Origin: Syntrophomonadaceae bacterium
GTDB taxonomy: Bacteria > Bacillota > Dethiobacteria > DTU022
DNA: 64,000 bases
NCBI GenBank assembly: GCA_003567725.1
Contig: PWYU01000088.1
Location: 551 to 64,550 of the forward strand
Direction of reading: 5' to 3'
Both the position numbers and the translations under genes were made by a program. The notes beneath the pieces are model-generated. The model had not been told where the DNA came from. It ran no database searches and saw only the letters and a list, made by a program, of their open reading frames with translations. Below are positions 10,016-21,074 of this stretch, one piece after another (position 1 is the stretch's first letter; each line of letters opens with the position of its first letter).

Positions 10016-13000
10016 TTAGTTTGCTCCACAACATTTCTTGTACTTTTTACCACTGCCACAGGGGCAGGGCTCATTTCGTCCTACTTTTTCCACAGTCACC
10101 GGTTCCGGTTTTACCGGTTTTTCTTTCGCTGCGCTTCCGTAGCCGGCCGATGCCCTTCCTCCACCGACAGCAGCAATTCTTCGCCTCTGACCTCTGATAT
10201 CGCTGGCTACTGACTCTCTTTTAGGAGTTGCCGTTACTTTAACCTGATAAACCGCACGAACGACATCATTTTGAACCTGCCGGATCATGTCTTCAAACAT
10301 TTCTGCGCTCTGCATTCTGTATTCAATCAGGGGGTTTCTTTGCCCATATGCCTGGGTGTGAATATCACGGCGTAGATCGTGCATAACATCGATAAAATAC
10401 ATCCAGTGTCGATCAACGGTTTTTAGGAGAATTACTCTTTCCACTTCACGCATAATCTCCGGAGTTAACTCCAACTCCCTTTGATCGTAGAAAGCACGGG
10501 CTTCTGCCTTCAGAAGGGATTTTACATCCTCTTCTTCCTGATCTATCAAATCATCTAATTTTAACTGGTCCTTACGAACAAAAAACTCTTCTGCTTTTTC
10601 CAAAAGGGCTTGCGCATCTTCATCTTCCAGGAAGCCTTTTTCCACAGTAAAATCCTCGACCATCCGGTCAATGATCTCATCAACCATGCCCAGAACCGGC
10701 TGCCTCATATCTTCCCCTTCAAGGACACGCCGGCGCTGACCGTAAATAACTTCCCGCTGCTGGTTAAGAACATCATCATAATCAAGCAGGTTGCGCCTGA
10801 TTTCAAAGTTTCTTGATTCCACTTTCTTTTGGGCATTCTCAATACCCCGGCTAACCAGGGAATGGTCGATGGGCACATCTTCTTCTACTCCGAAACGTTC
10901 CATTAAACTGGCAATATTCTCTCCGCCAAAAAGACGCATCAAGTCATCTTCCAGGGAAACAAAAAACTGAGATGAACCGGGATCACCCTGCCGCCCTGAG
11001 CGTCCTCGCAGCTGGTTGTCTATTCTTCGGCTTTCGTGCCGCTCTGTTCCCAAAACATGCAGGCCTCCGGCAGCTATAACTTCTTCTCTCTGGTCCAGGG
11101 TTTCCTGGATCGCATCTTCAATCAGCCTGGCACGGCGCTCATCCCAGCTTTTTTGTTTGTCTTCTTCCAGTTCTGAGTAGTCGACACCGAATTCATTGAT
11201 TAACTGCTCTTTGATCAGGTACTCAGGGTTACCGCCCAGGATAATATCTGTCCCCCTGCCGGCCATGTTAGTTGATATAGTTACAGCTCCCAGCCGACCC
11301 GCCTGGGCAATAATATATGCTTCTCTAGTATGGTTGACCGCATTGAGGACCTCATGGGGAGCGCCTTCTTTCTTAAGCATGCGGCTTAACGTCTCGGATC
11401 TTTCCACTGATATGGTTCCTACCAGGACCGGTTGGCCCCTTTGCTGGCATTCTTTTATTTCCTCTACAACCGCCCTAAATTTAGCAGCTTCTGTTTTATA
11501 AACCAGATCGGGCCATTCTTCTCGGATTAAGGGCTTGTTGGTTGGTACAGCTACAACATCCATGCCGTATATTTTTTGAAATTCTTCTTCTTCAGTACGA
11601 GCGGTACCGGTCATGCCCGAGATTTTTTTATACATCCGGAAATAGTTCTGAAATGTAATTGAAGCAACTGTTCTGGTAGCAGCCTGCACCTCCACTCCTT
11701 CTTTGGCCTCGATAGCCTGATGAAGTCCGTCGGAATAACGGCGACCGGGCATGAGGCGGCCTGTAAATTCATCCACGATGAGCACCTTACCGTCCTGGAC
11801 CACATAATCGACGTCTTTTTCGAAAAGAGAATAGGCTTTTATGAGTTGATCAAAATAATGGCGGTGCTGACCTGCAGATTCAGCATCTTCACCATCCTCT
11901 ATCACATCGTGCTGCAATTCATGGTCTTCATCATCTAAAGATTCGCTGTCGTCATCTTCAGCTTTGTCTTTGCCTAAGCGTAAAATCTTTGTCAGTTCCG
12001 GGTTAACCCTTTCCAGCTCGCGGTAACCTTTATCTTTGATATCAGCCAGCCTGGTAGACTCATCGATGATATAGTACAACTCCTCATCAAGATGAGGGAG
12101 CCTTTTTTCGGTCATCAAGCGGTGTTTAGTTCGTTCCACCAGCTTTTCCATACCCGGCTCTTTGAGCATCTTCATTAATTTTCTATTTTTAGGAGAACCC
12201 CGCCTGGCGAGAAGCAGTTTTTCGCCGGCTTCGTCTTCTTCACCGGAATCGAGATCTTTGCGGGCTTCATTCAATAGGTCGTTGATCAGCTTATTCTGCC
12301 GGCGAATCATGTGTTCAACCTCTTTTTTCCAACGGCCGTAATCTTCTTTGGATTCTACCCTGCTGCTGATAATCAGAGGCGTGCGCGCTTCATCAATGAG
12401 GATACTGTCAACTTCATCAATAATGGCATAATGATGATCTCTTTGCACCATTTGATCTTTATAAAGAACCATGTTATCCCGTAAGTAATCAAAACCCAAT
12501 TCATTGTTGGTAGCATATAATATGTCTGAACGGTACGCCTCCTGGCGTTCCTCCGGCTTTAAACCCTGCAAAACCAGGCCAACTGACAGGCCAAGCATTT
12601 CATAAACCGGGCCCATCCAATTTCGGTCTCTACGGGCCAGGTAATCATTGACTGTAACAATATGGACTCCTTTACCGGACAGCGAATTCAAGTAGGCAGG
12701 AAGAGTGGCGACCAGAGTTTTGCCTTCGCCTGTTTTCATTTCAGCAATTCGGCCCTGGTGTAAAACTAGCGCTCCTAAAATCTGGACGTCAAAGGGCCGC
12801 ATACCGGTTTTTCGGTGAGCTGCTTCCCTCGCTAAAGCAAAGGCTTCAGGTAGAAGATCATCTTCGCTTTCGCCTTGCTGCATCCGTTCTTTAAACAAAG
12901 CTGTCTGTTTTGCAAAATCTTCATCAGGCAGTGAAACAGCCCATTCTTCCAGGGCGTTAACTTCTTCAACTGTTTTTTCTAAGCGGCGCACCTCTTTATC

Positions 13001-13042
13001 ATTGGGATCGCCAAATAATTTTTTTAAAAAAGCAGCCATCAC
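10016..13042 (-). CDS. secA: Preprotein translocase ATPase SecA.
   Basis: 1008 aa. DEAD-like motor motifs ([38 protein letters not shown]) and a C-terminal zinc finger ([14 protein letters not shown]). Confidence 0.95.
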   Translation of the reverse strand: MMAAFLKKLFGDPNDKEVRRLEKTVEEVNALEEWAVSLPDEDFAKQTALFKERMQQGESEDDLLPEAFALAREAAHRKTGMRPFDVQILGALVLHQGRIAEMKTGEGKTLVATLPAYLNSLSGKGVHIVTVNDYLARRDRNWMGPVYEMLGLSVGLVLQGLKPEERQEAYRSDILYATNNELGFDYLRDNMVLYKDQMVQRDHHYAIIDEVDSILIDEARTPLIISSRVESKEDYGRWKKEVEHMIRRQNKLINDLLNEARKDLDSGEEDEAGEKLLLARRGSPKNRKLMKMLKEPGMEKLVERTKHRLMTEKRLPHLDEELYYIIDESTRLADIKDKGYRELERVNPELTKILRLGKDKAEDDDSESLDDEDHELQHDVIEDGEDAESAGQHRHYFDQLIKAYSLFEKDVDYVVQDGKVLIVDEFTGRLMPGRRYSDGLHQAIEAKEGVEVQAATRTVASITFQNYFRMYKKISGMTGTARTEEEEFQKIYGMDVVAVPTNKPLIREEWPDLVYKTEAAKFRAVVEEIKECQQRGQPVLVGTISVERSETLSRMLKKEGAPHEVLNAVNHTREAYIIAQAGRLGAVTISTNMAGRGTDIILGGNPEYLIKEQLINEFGVDYSELEEDKQKSWDERRARLIEDAIQETLDQREEVIAAGGLHVLGTERHESRRIDNQLRGRSGRQGDPGSSQFFVSLEDDLMRLFGGENIASLMERFGVEEDVPIDHSLVSRGIENAQKKVESRNFEIRRNLLDYDDVLNQQREVIYGQRRRVLEGEDMRQPVLGMVDEIIDRMVEDFTVEKGFLEDEDAQALLEKAEEFFVRKDQLKLDDLIDQEEEDVKSLLKAEARAFYDQRELELTPEIMREVERVILLKTVDRHWMYFIDVMHDLRRDIHTQAYGQRNPLIEYRMQSAEMFEDMIRQVQNDVVRAVYQVKVTATPKRESVASDIRGQRRRIAAVGGGRASAGYGSAAKEKPVKPEPVTVEKVGRNEPCPCGSGKKYKKCCGAN

Positions 13043-13211
13043 AAAGCTCCTTTAACAAAATATGTGTTTTGTCAAACCATGATACTAATAATTACAACCT
13101 ATTTAAATGATTAAGCTCAACTTTGATAGTGCTACCCAATTCTAACACAAGCAAAGCCTGCGCAACAAGTTCCGGCAGGCTCAAGTTAAATCCAGTCCAT
13201 AATAATCAGTG

Positions 13212-14357
13212 TTAACCATGATCCGGGGCAAGTTCACAGGTCAGGGCCCAGAGGCTGCCCGAAACCAGGGAATGCCCTCCCAAAATAACCGGGACCGGAC
13301 ATGCTTCTGCCAATCTGGTGAATTTTCTTAGCCAGGGATCTTCTATTTCATTCCATTTACCCAGGTCAGACAAAAACCGCTCCCGATCAGAAAATTCATG
13401 CTGATAGTGGTACATTAATACCCGGCTATCTATAAATACACAGCGGGCTACTTGAGCCAGGTATTGAAAAAACTGCTCCAAACCGGCATGATCCAACAGC
13501 AAACCCAGTAAAGATATAACTTCTTTAGCCTCGATCCGGCCCAGCGATTTCATACCCCGCTCTTCTGAAAAAACGCGTAAGCGCAGTTTAAGCAGGGCAT
13601 TTAGGCGCTCAATAACCGGCGCCCCAACCCTACCAATCAGGGCAATATCTTCGTACTCATCTTTGAGCACTGCTTTGGCAGATACAAGCTTACTGCCATC
13701 CAAATGCAGGCTATCCAGGGCTTCTTGGGTCCGGGGACCGGCAAAAGGCCCCTCTTTCAATACTATTAGATCAGAGGGGGTATCAATGTCAAAGAGCAGG
13801 CCCAGGGTATGGGGCATGAGTTCCATTTCCAGATTCAGTTGATCACGCAAGGCCATGGCCAGGCTGTTGTCTTTAGCCGGCAGCTCGACGATGTCAATTT
13901 GTTCAGGTACAGTAAAAGCGATTATATCAACAGATTGAGTATTGTTAGTATAAACAAACTGCTCACGACTGAGCAGTTTGTGGCAAATCATATTTAATTC
14001 TTCCACAGTGATCAGAGGGGATCCAGCTCCATTTAAACAAATAACTCGTTTCAGATTATGCTGTTGAATCGCATCCTGCAACTCTCGACCAAAATGAAAA
14101 TCTTCAAGCGCTTTATAATTAAGAAATACTCTGGCTCCCAGCCGTTCAGCAGGATCTACCAGTTCCGGCCTGTTGGTATGCAGGTAAACCCCTTCCAGAA
14201 AAGAAATCTGCTGCATCTTCTCCAGGTTGTCAAGCAAAGCAGCCTGACGAACTTTAACCATCATTTCCTCAACCCAGCTTTTGGGATGGGATCCCTCAAA
14301 TACTATAGCACTTATTTCACGGCCCATAATCCTAAATCTATTCTCTCTTCCTGCCAA
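13212..14357 (-). CDS. Conserved hypothetical protein of unknown function.
   Basis: 381-aa ORF between hpf and secA, with a good coding look and no overlapping competitor. I could not assign a family from the sequence. Confidence 0.5.
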   Translation of the reverse strand: MAGRENRFRIMGREISAIVFEGSHPKSWVEEMMVKVRQAALLDNLEKMQQISFLEGVYLHTNRPELVDPAERLGARVFLNYKALEDFHFGRELQDAIQQHNLKRVICLNGAGSPLITVEELNMICHKLLSREQFVYTNNTQSVDIIAFTVPEQIDIVELPAKDNSLAMALRDQLNLEMELMPHTLGLLFDIDTPSDLIVLKEGPFAGPRTQEALDSLHLDGSKLVSAKAVLKDEYEDIALIGRVGAPVIERLNALLKLRLRVFSEERGMKSLGRIEAKEVISLLGLLLDHAGLEQFFQYLAQVARCVFIDSRVLMYHYQHEFSDRERFLSDLGKWNEIEDPWLRKFTRLAEACPVPVILGGHSLVSGSLWALTCELAPDHG

Positions 14358-14395
14358 TAATCAACTCAGCGATTTCTATTTATCTTGCAAAGATT

Positions 14396-14935
14396 TTACT
14401 CAGGTTCAATTAACCCGTAATTTCCGTCTTTTCGACAATAAATAACATTTGTAACATCGGTGTCCGCGTTAGCAAAGACAAAAAAACTATGCCCTAATAG
14501 ATCCATCTGCAAAATCGCTTCTTCAACAGTCATAGGCTTAAGTGGAAACCGTTTGGTTCTTACTACCTGTGGTTTATCTTCTTCAACTTTCTCTTCAGCT
14601 TCAAGCGCAGCCTGTTTTTCATTCATAGAGCGAAAACCATTTTGCCTGTTCTGCTTTTTAACTCGAGTTTTATATTTTTTTACCTGCCGCTCCAGTTTAT
14701 CGACAACCTGATCTATAGAAGCATACATGTCTCCGGTAGATTCTTCACCACGTATAATCATGCCATTCAGATTAACCGTAACTTCTACAATATGATCTTC
14801 ACGAATAACGCTCAATACTACCTGAACATCAGTATTTTGATCAAAATGTTTGTCCAGCTTACCCAACTTTTTATGGGCATAATCAACCAACGAAGGTGTA
14901 GCGTCGATATTTTTGCCGCGTACATTTATTATCAT
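14396..14935 (-). CDS. hpf: Ribosome hibernation-promoting factor, long form (HPF/YvyD).
   Basis: MIINVRGKNIDATPSLVDYAHKKLGKLDKHF... is the typical long-HPF N-terminal domain; a C-terminal dimerisation domain is present. Confidence 0.9.
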   Translation of the reverse strand: MIINVRGKNIDATPSLVDYAHKKLGKLDKHFDQNTDVQVVLSVIREDHIVEVTVNLNGMIIRGEESTGDMYASIDQVVDKLERQVKKYKTRVKKQNRQNGFRSMNEKQAALEAEEKVEEDKPQVVRTKRFPLKPMTVEEAILQMDLLGHSFFVFANADTDVTNVIYCRKDGNYGLIEPE

Positions 14936-15032
14936 TACTATCGACCTCCTGTTTAATATAGTTATCTATACTACTACATAAAGTATTCCCCAGTCCAGTT
15001 AAAAATCCTTCCGTGAAAATTTTGATATGTTC

Positions 15033-15845
15033 CTACCACTTCTCCAGACCGGCATAAAAACCGGTCCTTTGTATGGCCCTGATGTTCGGATTATAAGCAA
15101 TAGCAGCTCCAAAAACCCTTGCTCCTGTTTTATTTTTTAAAGCTAAAGCCGCTTCTTTCATGGTTGCTCCCGTTGAATAAACATCATCCACCAGAAGAAT
15201 GGTTGATTTATTGTATTTTTCAGGACGGCATTTAAAAACACCGCGTACATTGCTCTGCCTGTCATAGCGAGAAATTGAAGTCTGAGACCTGGTATTAATC
15301 GCTTTGAATAAAAGATTACCGCGCCATGGCACCTTTAAAACCTGCGCCATGTTGCGAGCTAATAAGGCTGCCTGGTTATATCCCCTTTCTCTTTCCCGGA
15401 CAGGGTGAAGGGGAACAGGAACAATTAAATCCGGTTTACAATAACGGTTGTTCAATATTTCAAAAGCCAACCAGATAGCAAGTGGGCGAATTACTGCCCG
15501 CCGGTTTCTGTATTTTAGCTCATGAATTAATTTCCGCCAGCTTTGATCATAGAGTGCTGCAAAAAATAGCCCTTCTAAGGAAATGCTCTTAACAATACAA
15601 CTACAAGGCGGCTCTTCACGAAAAAAACTTTCACAGTTAGGGCATATTCTACCACCCGCTGAATAATTCTTTTGGCAGGTTGAGCATAATGGATTCAAGC
15701 TGGAAATGGGGATGATATCCCTACAAAACAGGCAGCGATCTGGAAAGAGCTGATAAAGAAAGCTGTGGAGCCAGCCTTTACGTTTGCTTAAGGTAATTTG
15801 TCCGGGAGAATAAGCTTCTGTAGTTAATTTATGATAGCGGGTCAT
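15033..15845 (-). CDS. comFC: ComF-family protein (ComFC-like; double zinc ribbon plus phosphoribosyltransferase fold).
   Basis: N-terminal Cys pairs (CLFCRD...CSTCQ; CPNCES...) and a C-terminal PRTase motif (ILLVDDVYSTGATMKEAA). Confidence 0.8.
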   Translation of the reverse strand: MTRYHKLTTEAYSPGQITLSKRKGWLHSFLYQLFPDRCLFCRDIIPISSLNPLCSTCQKNYSAGGRICPNCESFFREEPPCSCIVKSISLEGLFFAALYDQSWRKLIHELKYRNRRAVIRPLAIWLAFEILNNRYCKPDLIVPVPLHPVRERERGYNQAALLARNMAQVLKVPWRGNLLFKAINTRSQTSISRYDRQSNVRGVFKCRPEKYNKSTILLVDDVYSTGATMKEAALALKNKTGARVFGAAIAYNPNIRAIQRTGFYAGLEKW

Positions 15846-15898
15846 TTTTCAGCCCTTTGTCCTCACCATTTTATCTTGAATATAGATTTTGATATTGC

Positions 15899-18115
15899 TC
15901 ATATTTCAGTTTCTTCGCCTTTCAGACGGACGCTTAAATATGTGTGACGATCTTCTGCTCTGTTGTTACGGACAGCAATAGCCATAGCTTTTTTACTACC
16001 GACCAGGACAGCCAGTTTCTTCGCCCTGGTTATTCCGGTATAGAGTAAATTTCTTTGGAGCAGCATATAATGCTGAGTTAATATAGGCATAATTACCACA
16101 GGATACTCACTGCCCTGGCTTTTATGAATGGAAACAGCATAAGAAAGGACCAGTTCATCGAGCTCGGTAAAATCATATATCACAGGCCTATCCATAAGCA
16201 CATCCCGAAAAGTGACTACCAGTTCGGTCGCTTCCTTATCAATAGCGGTTACCAGGCCGATATCTCCATTATATACTTCTTTCTGATAATTATTACGGAT
16301 TTGCATTACTTTATCGCCAAGGCGAAAAATATTCCCTCTGGATGTTATTTCTAATTTATCCCTGCCAGGAGGATTAAGCGCTTGTTGCAGCAGAATATTA
16401 AGCCGGTCAACCCCCGCAGCCGTTTTACGCATCGGCGTAAGCACCTGAAGATCTAACAAAGGATCATAAGGGCCATAATTAGGCAAACGCTCCCTGCATA
16501 ATTGCACAACCAGTTCAGCGGCCTGTTCGGCATCTTCCTCATGCATAAAAAAGAAATCTTTCTTTTTTAGATTTAAGTAAGGCATATCACCTTTGTTTAC
16601 CCGGTGCGCATTCACGACAATCATGCTCTCCCGGGCCTGACGAAAAATATAGCCCAGGCGAAAGCATGGGATTACTGCGGAATTGATTAAATCACGAAGC
16701 ACGTTTCCCGCTCCAACAGCAGGAAGTTGATCCACATCTCCGACCATTATCAAACGACAGCCTGCAGGCACTGCCTTGAGCAAATTATACATAAGCAAAA
16801 GATCAACCATCGAAGCTTCATCAATGATGATCACCTGGGCTTCGATAGGATTATCCGCATTACGTTTAAAACTAAAACCTTCTCCCTCTATAAAACTGTA
16901 CTCCAGCATGCGATGGATCGTAAATGCTTCCTGACCGGTAGCTTCCGTAATCCTTTTAGCCGCTCTGCCTGTTGGTGCTGCCAGCAGAACTTTTTGCCTC
17001 AACCTTTTATATGTGGAAAGCAAAGCTTTGATAGTAGTAGTTTTTCCAGTACCGGGACCGCCAGTAACGATTAAAACCCCGTTTTGCATAGCTAGATCTA
17101 AAACCTGCAGCTGCTCATCGGTTAAATGGGGATTATCATGGCTTACAGCTCCAAGGGCCTGGCTTGTTTCCAAAGGTGAATACTGCCTGGCCTGCTTGCT
17201 TAAGCGGTTAATTAAAATAGCTGAATTTTTCTCTGCCTGATAAAATGGGGCATAATAAACTGCTTCGTCTTCTGCTAACTGTTCACAGAACAAAGTCTTT
17301 TTAAGAACCATGTCCCGGAGCTGTTGATCCAAATACTCTTCTGATATTACCTTGTCAGAGTCGCTTAACAGAGTATTGACCCTTTCAAACAATTCTTTTT
17401 TTGGCAAATAAACATGCCCCTGTTCCGATGCCCGATTAAGGTTATAGGCAAATGAAGCCTGGATCCTCTCCGGTGCATCTTCAGACATGCCAAGTTTAAG
17501 GGCGATCTTATCTGCGGTTTTAAAACCGACCCCGAAAATATCTTCAGCCATACGATAGGGATTTTCCTTGACCTGCTGAATAGTATGGGAACCATACCGC
17601 CGGTATAGCCGCATAGCCTGGTTAATTCCGATGCCGTATCCTTGCAAAAAGATCAAGACATTTTGCACGTCTTTGTATTTCCGGTAACTAGCTATGATAT
17701 CGGCAGTCTTCCTTGTGCCAATACCTTCTACTTCTTGCAACCGCTCAGGCTCATTTTCTAAGATATCAAGTGTATCTAATCCATAGTGTTCAACTATTTT
17801 ATCAGCTGTAACAGGGCCAATCCCTTTAATTAAGCCAGAAGATAAATAATTCTTCAATCCTGCTTCAGTAGCCGGTAAAAGTCGTTCCCAATGTTCAACA
17901 GAAAGCTGCCGCCCATACCGGGGATGAACCTGCCACTGGCCCTTAACAAGCAAGTTCTCTCCTTCTTGCATAGAAGGAAAGCTACCAACTATGGTAACCG
18001 GATTACTATCACGACAGCGCAAAACACCGACCAGATAAGAGCTCTCATCGCTATAGAATCTTATTTTTTCAAGGGTTCCTTCGATTTGTTCCAGCGGGTC
18101 AACCTCCTGCATCAC
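15899..18115 (-). CDS. recD2: RecD2-like SF1B ATP-dependent DNA helicase (YrrC family).
   Basis: 738 aa. N-terminal HhH region, Walker A GGPGTGKTTT, Walker B IIIDEASMVD and a C-terminal SH3-like/UvrD_C tail. Confidence 0.85.
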   Translation of the reverse strand: MMQEVDPLEQIEGTLEKIRFYSDESSYLVGVLRCRDSNPVTIVGSFPSMQEGENLLVKGQWQVHPRYGRQLSVEHWERLLPATEAGLKNYLSSGLIKGIGPVTADKIVEHYGLDTLDILENEPERLQEVEGIGTRKTADIIASYRKYKDVQNVLIFLQGYGIGINQAMRLYRRYGSHTIQQVKENPYRMAEDIFGVGFKTADKIALKLGMSEDAPERIQASFAYNLNRASEQGHVYLPKKELFERVNTLLSDSDKVISEEYLDQQLRDMVLKKTLFCEQLAEDEAVYYAPFYQAEKNSAILINRLSKQARQYSPLETSQALGAVSHDNPHLTDEQLQVLDLAMQNGVLIVTGGPGTGKTTTIKALLSTYKRLRQKVLLAAPTGRAAKRITEATGQEAFTIHRMLEYSFIEGEGFSFKRNADNPIEAQVIIIDEASMVDLLLMYNLLKAVPAGCRLIMVGDVDQLPAVGAGNVLRDLINSAVIPCFRLGYIFRQARESMIVVNAHRVNKGDMPYLNLKKKDFFFMHEEDAEQAAELVVQLCRERLPNYGPYDPLLDLQVLTPMRKTAAGVDRLNILLQQALNPPGRDKLEITSRGNIFRLGDKVMQIRNNYQKEVYNGDIGLVTAIDKEATELVVTFRDVLMDRPVIYDFTELDELVLSYAVSIHKSQGSEYPVVIMPILTQHYMLLQRNLLYTGITRAKKLAVLVGSKKAMAIAVRNNRAEDRHTYLSVRLKGEETEI

Positions 18116-18143
18116 AGATCCAAGGTTTATTTCTATACTGCAT

Positions 18144-18175
18144 CTCTGCCCTCTCCCCAGAAGGGAAGAGGGCAG
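18144..18175. other. Strong 9-bp hairpin between the metK 3' end and the recD2 start.
   Basis: CTGCCCTCT-cccagaaggga-AGAGGGCAG. There is no clean U-tract on the minus strand, so its role as the metK terminator is uncertain. Confidence 0.35.
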
Positions 18176-18277
18176 AAATTTAATGCTTCTTTATTATTTG
18201 TGCTTTTGAAACGTATGATACTAAATGCCCTTTTAGATACAATGTATCAAATTCTTAGCTTTAACTCAAGCTAAAGA

Positions 18278-19465
18278 TTAAAGAACTTCCTTGAGCTGCT
18301 CAACTTTATCAAGGCGCTCCCAGGTTAAATCCAGTTCAGGCCGGCCAAAGTGACCATAAGAAGCCAGCTGGCAATAAATCGGGCGGCGCAGCTGCAATTG
18401 ATCAATTATGGCGGCAGGTCTTAAATCAAAGTATTTATTAACAGCCTCTTCGATATGTTTTACAGGGACCTTTTCTGTACCATAGGTTTCAATCATCATG
18501 GAAACCGGATGGGCCACCCCGATGGCATAAGCCAGCTGCAGCTGGCACCTGGAAGCCAGGCCGGCTGCTACAATGTTTTTGGCTACATATCGAGCCGCAT
18601 AAGAAGCCGAACGGTCAACTTTCGTCGGATCTTTACCAGAAAATGCACCGCCCCCATGGGCAGCATAACCACCGTAGGTGTCAACAATTGTTTTTCGACC
18701 AGTCAACCCGGCATCCCCTTGAGGACCGCCAATCACAAAGCGTCCAGTGGGATTTATATAAAAACGAGTCTCAGGAACAATTAGTTTTTCAGGAACAATT
18801 TCCTTAACAACAAGCTCAACCAGATCTTTTTCAATCTGTTCCAGCGAAACTTCGTCACTGTGTTGAGCTGAGACAACAACATTATCAAGGCATACAGGTT
18901 TACCGTCTTCATAAACAACTGTGACCTGGGTTTTACCATCTGGCCGCAAATAATCAACTAAACCTCCTTTTCGAATATCAGTCAATCTCTGAGCCATTTT
19001 ATGAGCAAGCGCTATAGGCATAGGCATTAGTTCAGGGGTTTCTTCACATGCATAACCGAACATGATGCCCTGATCCCCGGCGCCAATCTGATCATAATCA
19101 TCTTTTTGCTGTTTGCTCCTGGTCTCAAAGGCTTCATTAACACCCTGCGCAATATCCGGTGACTGTTCGTCGATAGAGGTCAACACAGCACATGTTTCTC
19201 CATCAAACCCGAATTTTGCTCTTGTATAACCAATATCAAGTACTTTATCTCTAACTAATTGCGGTATATCTACATAACATTCAGTAGTGATTTCTCCACA
19301 AACCAAAACTAAACCGGTTGAAACCATAGTTTCTGCAGCAACTCTACCCATGGGATCTTGTTCCATAATAGCATCAAGAATAGCGTCAGAAATCTGGTCA
19401 GCCATTTTATCAGGGTGTCCTTCGGTTACTGATTCAGATGAAAACAGGTAATCACATTGATGCAC
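18278..19465 (-). CDS. metK: S-adenosylmethionine synthetase.
   Basis: 395 aa with the hallmark motifs GHPDK, GAGDQG and GGGAFSGKD. Confidence 0.95.
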   Translation of the reverse strand: MHQCDYLFSSESVTEGHPDKMADQISDAILDAIMEQDPMGRVAAETMVSTGLVLVCGEITTECYVDIPQLVRDKVLDIGYTRAKFGFDGETCAVLTSIDEQSPDIAQGVNEAFETRSKQQKDDYDQIGAGDQGIMFGYACEETPELMPMPIALAHKMAQRLTDIRKGGLVDYLRPDGKTQVTVVYEDGKPVCLDNVVVSAQHSDEVSLEQIEKDLVELVVKEIVPEKLIVPETRFYINPTGRFVIGGPQGDAGLTGRKTIVDTYGGYAAHGGGAFSGKDPTKVDRSASYAARYVAKNIVAAGLASRCQLQLAYAIGVAHPVSMMIETYGTEKVPVKHIEEAVNKYFDLRPAAIIDQLQLRRPIYCQLASYGHFGRPELDLTWERLDKVEQLKEVL

Positions 19466-19697
19466 TAAATTTCTCCTCCTTAGTTTTAAACTAAATTATA
19501 TTTTAACTTTTATAAAGCTGGCGTCAGACATGTTCATTATAAATCGGGCTTTTAGTCTGGGTAATCCCAAGCTTTTATTTACCGGCATACCATTAATGCG
19601 CCTGACATTGATTAGATTTAATAACACCCACTACGGGGTATACAGGTAAATCAATTTTCACCACCTATCCAAGCTGATAATGTAAAGCCCTTTAACG

Positions 19698-19835
19698 AAA
19701 AAAGCCCCTTTCCTCAAGAGGCCTTTTAGGCACCACTCATCTCCCGGGTAATTCCCGCAGCAATTGGCACCGTGAACAATTGAACCGGTTGCCGGGATTC
19801 ATCGGGGCTGTCCCTCCTCCGCTCTTGATAAGAGT
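19698..19835 (-). promoter_or_regulatory. SAM-I (S-box) riboswitch with its intrinsic terminator, in the metK leader.
   Basis: The minus strand reads CTCTTATCAAGAGCGGAGGAGGGACAGCCCCGATGAATCCCGGCAACC...GGTGCCAATTGCTGCGGGAATTACCCGGGAGATGAG, which is the S-box consensus. It is followed by the hairpin GCCUCUU-GAGGA-AAGGGGC and UUUUUU. Confidence 0.85.
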
Positions 19836-19896
19836 TATCTATAATATTGTAGTACTATAATACAGGAGTAGTCTTCAAAAGTCAATTTTGTGACAA

Positions 19897-20346
19897 TCAA
19901 GCCTGATCGCGATCAACCAGGGCGAACCAAAGTTCCCCGGAGGCGATTTTTTTATCATCTATCCAGGCCTGGGCATCACCTTTTCCTATATTGCGCCGCA
20001 TCCCAGTCATCACAACCTGTAATTGTAACTGATCACCCGGTTTCACAACCTGCTTAAACCGGAAATTCTTTATGCCGCTAAAAACAGCCAGCTTGCCTTT
20101 ATTATCATCCATGCTTAGAACAACAGCTGCACCAACCTGAGCCAGCGCTTCTATAATCAATACGCCGGGCATTACCGGCATACCTGGAAAATGGCCCTGA
20201 AAAAATGGTTCATTAATAGTAACATTTTTTAAACCAGAAGCTTTTTCACCCGGGACAAGCTCTGTTAAACGATCTACCAGCAAGAAGGGATAGCGGTGAG
20301 GTAATACTGACAGGATTTTTTGGATATCCAGGTTCTCTTCAGTCAT
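19897..20346 (-). CDS. fabZ: 3-hydroxyacyl-ACP dehydratase FabZ.
   Basis: HRYPFLLVDR...PFFQGHFPGMPVMPGVLIIEALAQ hot-dog-fold signature. Confidence 0.9.
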   Translation of the reverse strand: MTEENLDIQKILSVLPHRYPFLLVDRLTELVPGEKASGLKNVTINEPFFQGHFPGMPVMPGVLIIEALAQVGAAVVLSMDDNKGKLAVFSGIKNFRFKQVVKPGDQLQLQVVMTGMRRNIGKGDAQAWIDDKKIASGELWFALVDRDQA

Positions 20347-20349
20347 TAG

Positions 20350-20997
20350 CTAACCTCCTTTCCTACCAGTTTTTTCTAATATGATTTTTACTTCCTGATC
20401 ATCAACCTGGCTAAAATCACGGTAAAATTGGCCAACAGCTGCAAAATGAGCAGGGGCATCAATAAAAATTAGTTCGTCCACTTCGTGATCCAGGATGCTA
20501 AAAGTATCAGCAGGTCCTATCGGAACAGCAAGAATTAGTTTGGCTGGTTGCTTTTTTTGCAGGCTGCGCAGAGCTGCCAGAAGAGTATATCCGGTAGCCA
20601 CTCCATCATCAATCAGAATTACCAGGCGTCCATCAACTTCTGGCATTAACTGATTACCCCGGTAATCATTCATCCTCCGCCTGATTTCTTTCTGCTCTTT
20701 ACCTGCCCTTTTATTGATATATTCATAATCAACATTAAGCCTGGAAACCAGCTGATCATTAAGCATGATCAATCCGTCCCCACTGACAGCACCTATAGCC
20801 AGTTCAGATTGATAGGGAGCACCTATTTTTCTGGTAATAATTAAGTCCAGCTCTCCTCCTAAATAGTTGCATACCGGCTCGGCGACAATCACTCCACCCC
20901 GGGGAACAGCCAAAATCAAAGGCTCCAGGCCCCGGAAATGATTCAGTTTATCAGCAAGTTTTTGCCCTGCCTCACTCCGGTCTCGAAAAAACATCTT
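20350..20997 (-). CDS. Predicted phosphoribosyltransferase (type I PRTase fold, COG1926-like).
   Basis: PRPP-binding loop LVILIDDGVATGYTLLAAL. The likely start is the internal Met (MFFRDRSEAG) at 20997; the ORF track extends to 21051. Confidence 0.7.
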   Translation of the reverse strand, partial: KMFFRDRSEAGQKLADKLNHFRGLEPLILAVPRGGVIVAEPVCNYLGGELDLIITRKIGAPYQSELAIGAVSGDGLIMLNDQLVSRLNVDYEYINKRAGKEQKEIRRRMNDYRGNQLMPEVDGRLVILIDDGVATGYTLLAALRSLQKKQPAKLILAVPIGPADTFSILDHEVDELIFIDAPAHFAAVGQFYRDFSQVDDQEVKIILEKTGRKGG

Positions 20998-21074
20998 CTC
21001 CCCCTGCGGTAGAGATAATAGCCAAATAAAAACCCATTTTGAAATGATCACTTATCAGGCTAAATTCTTAAAGA

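Noticed and set aside
18144-18175. Hairpin taken as the metK intrinsic terminator.
   Set aside because: There is no U-tract on the transcribed strand. It is kept only as a structural feature of uncertain role.
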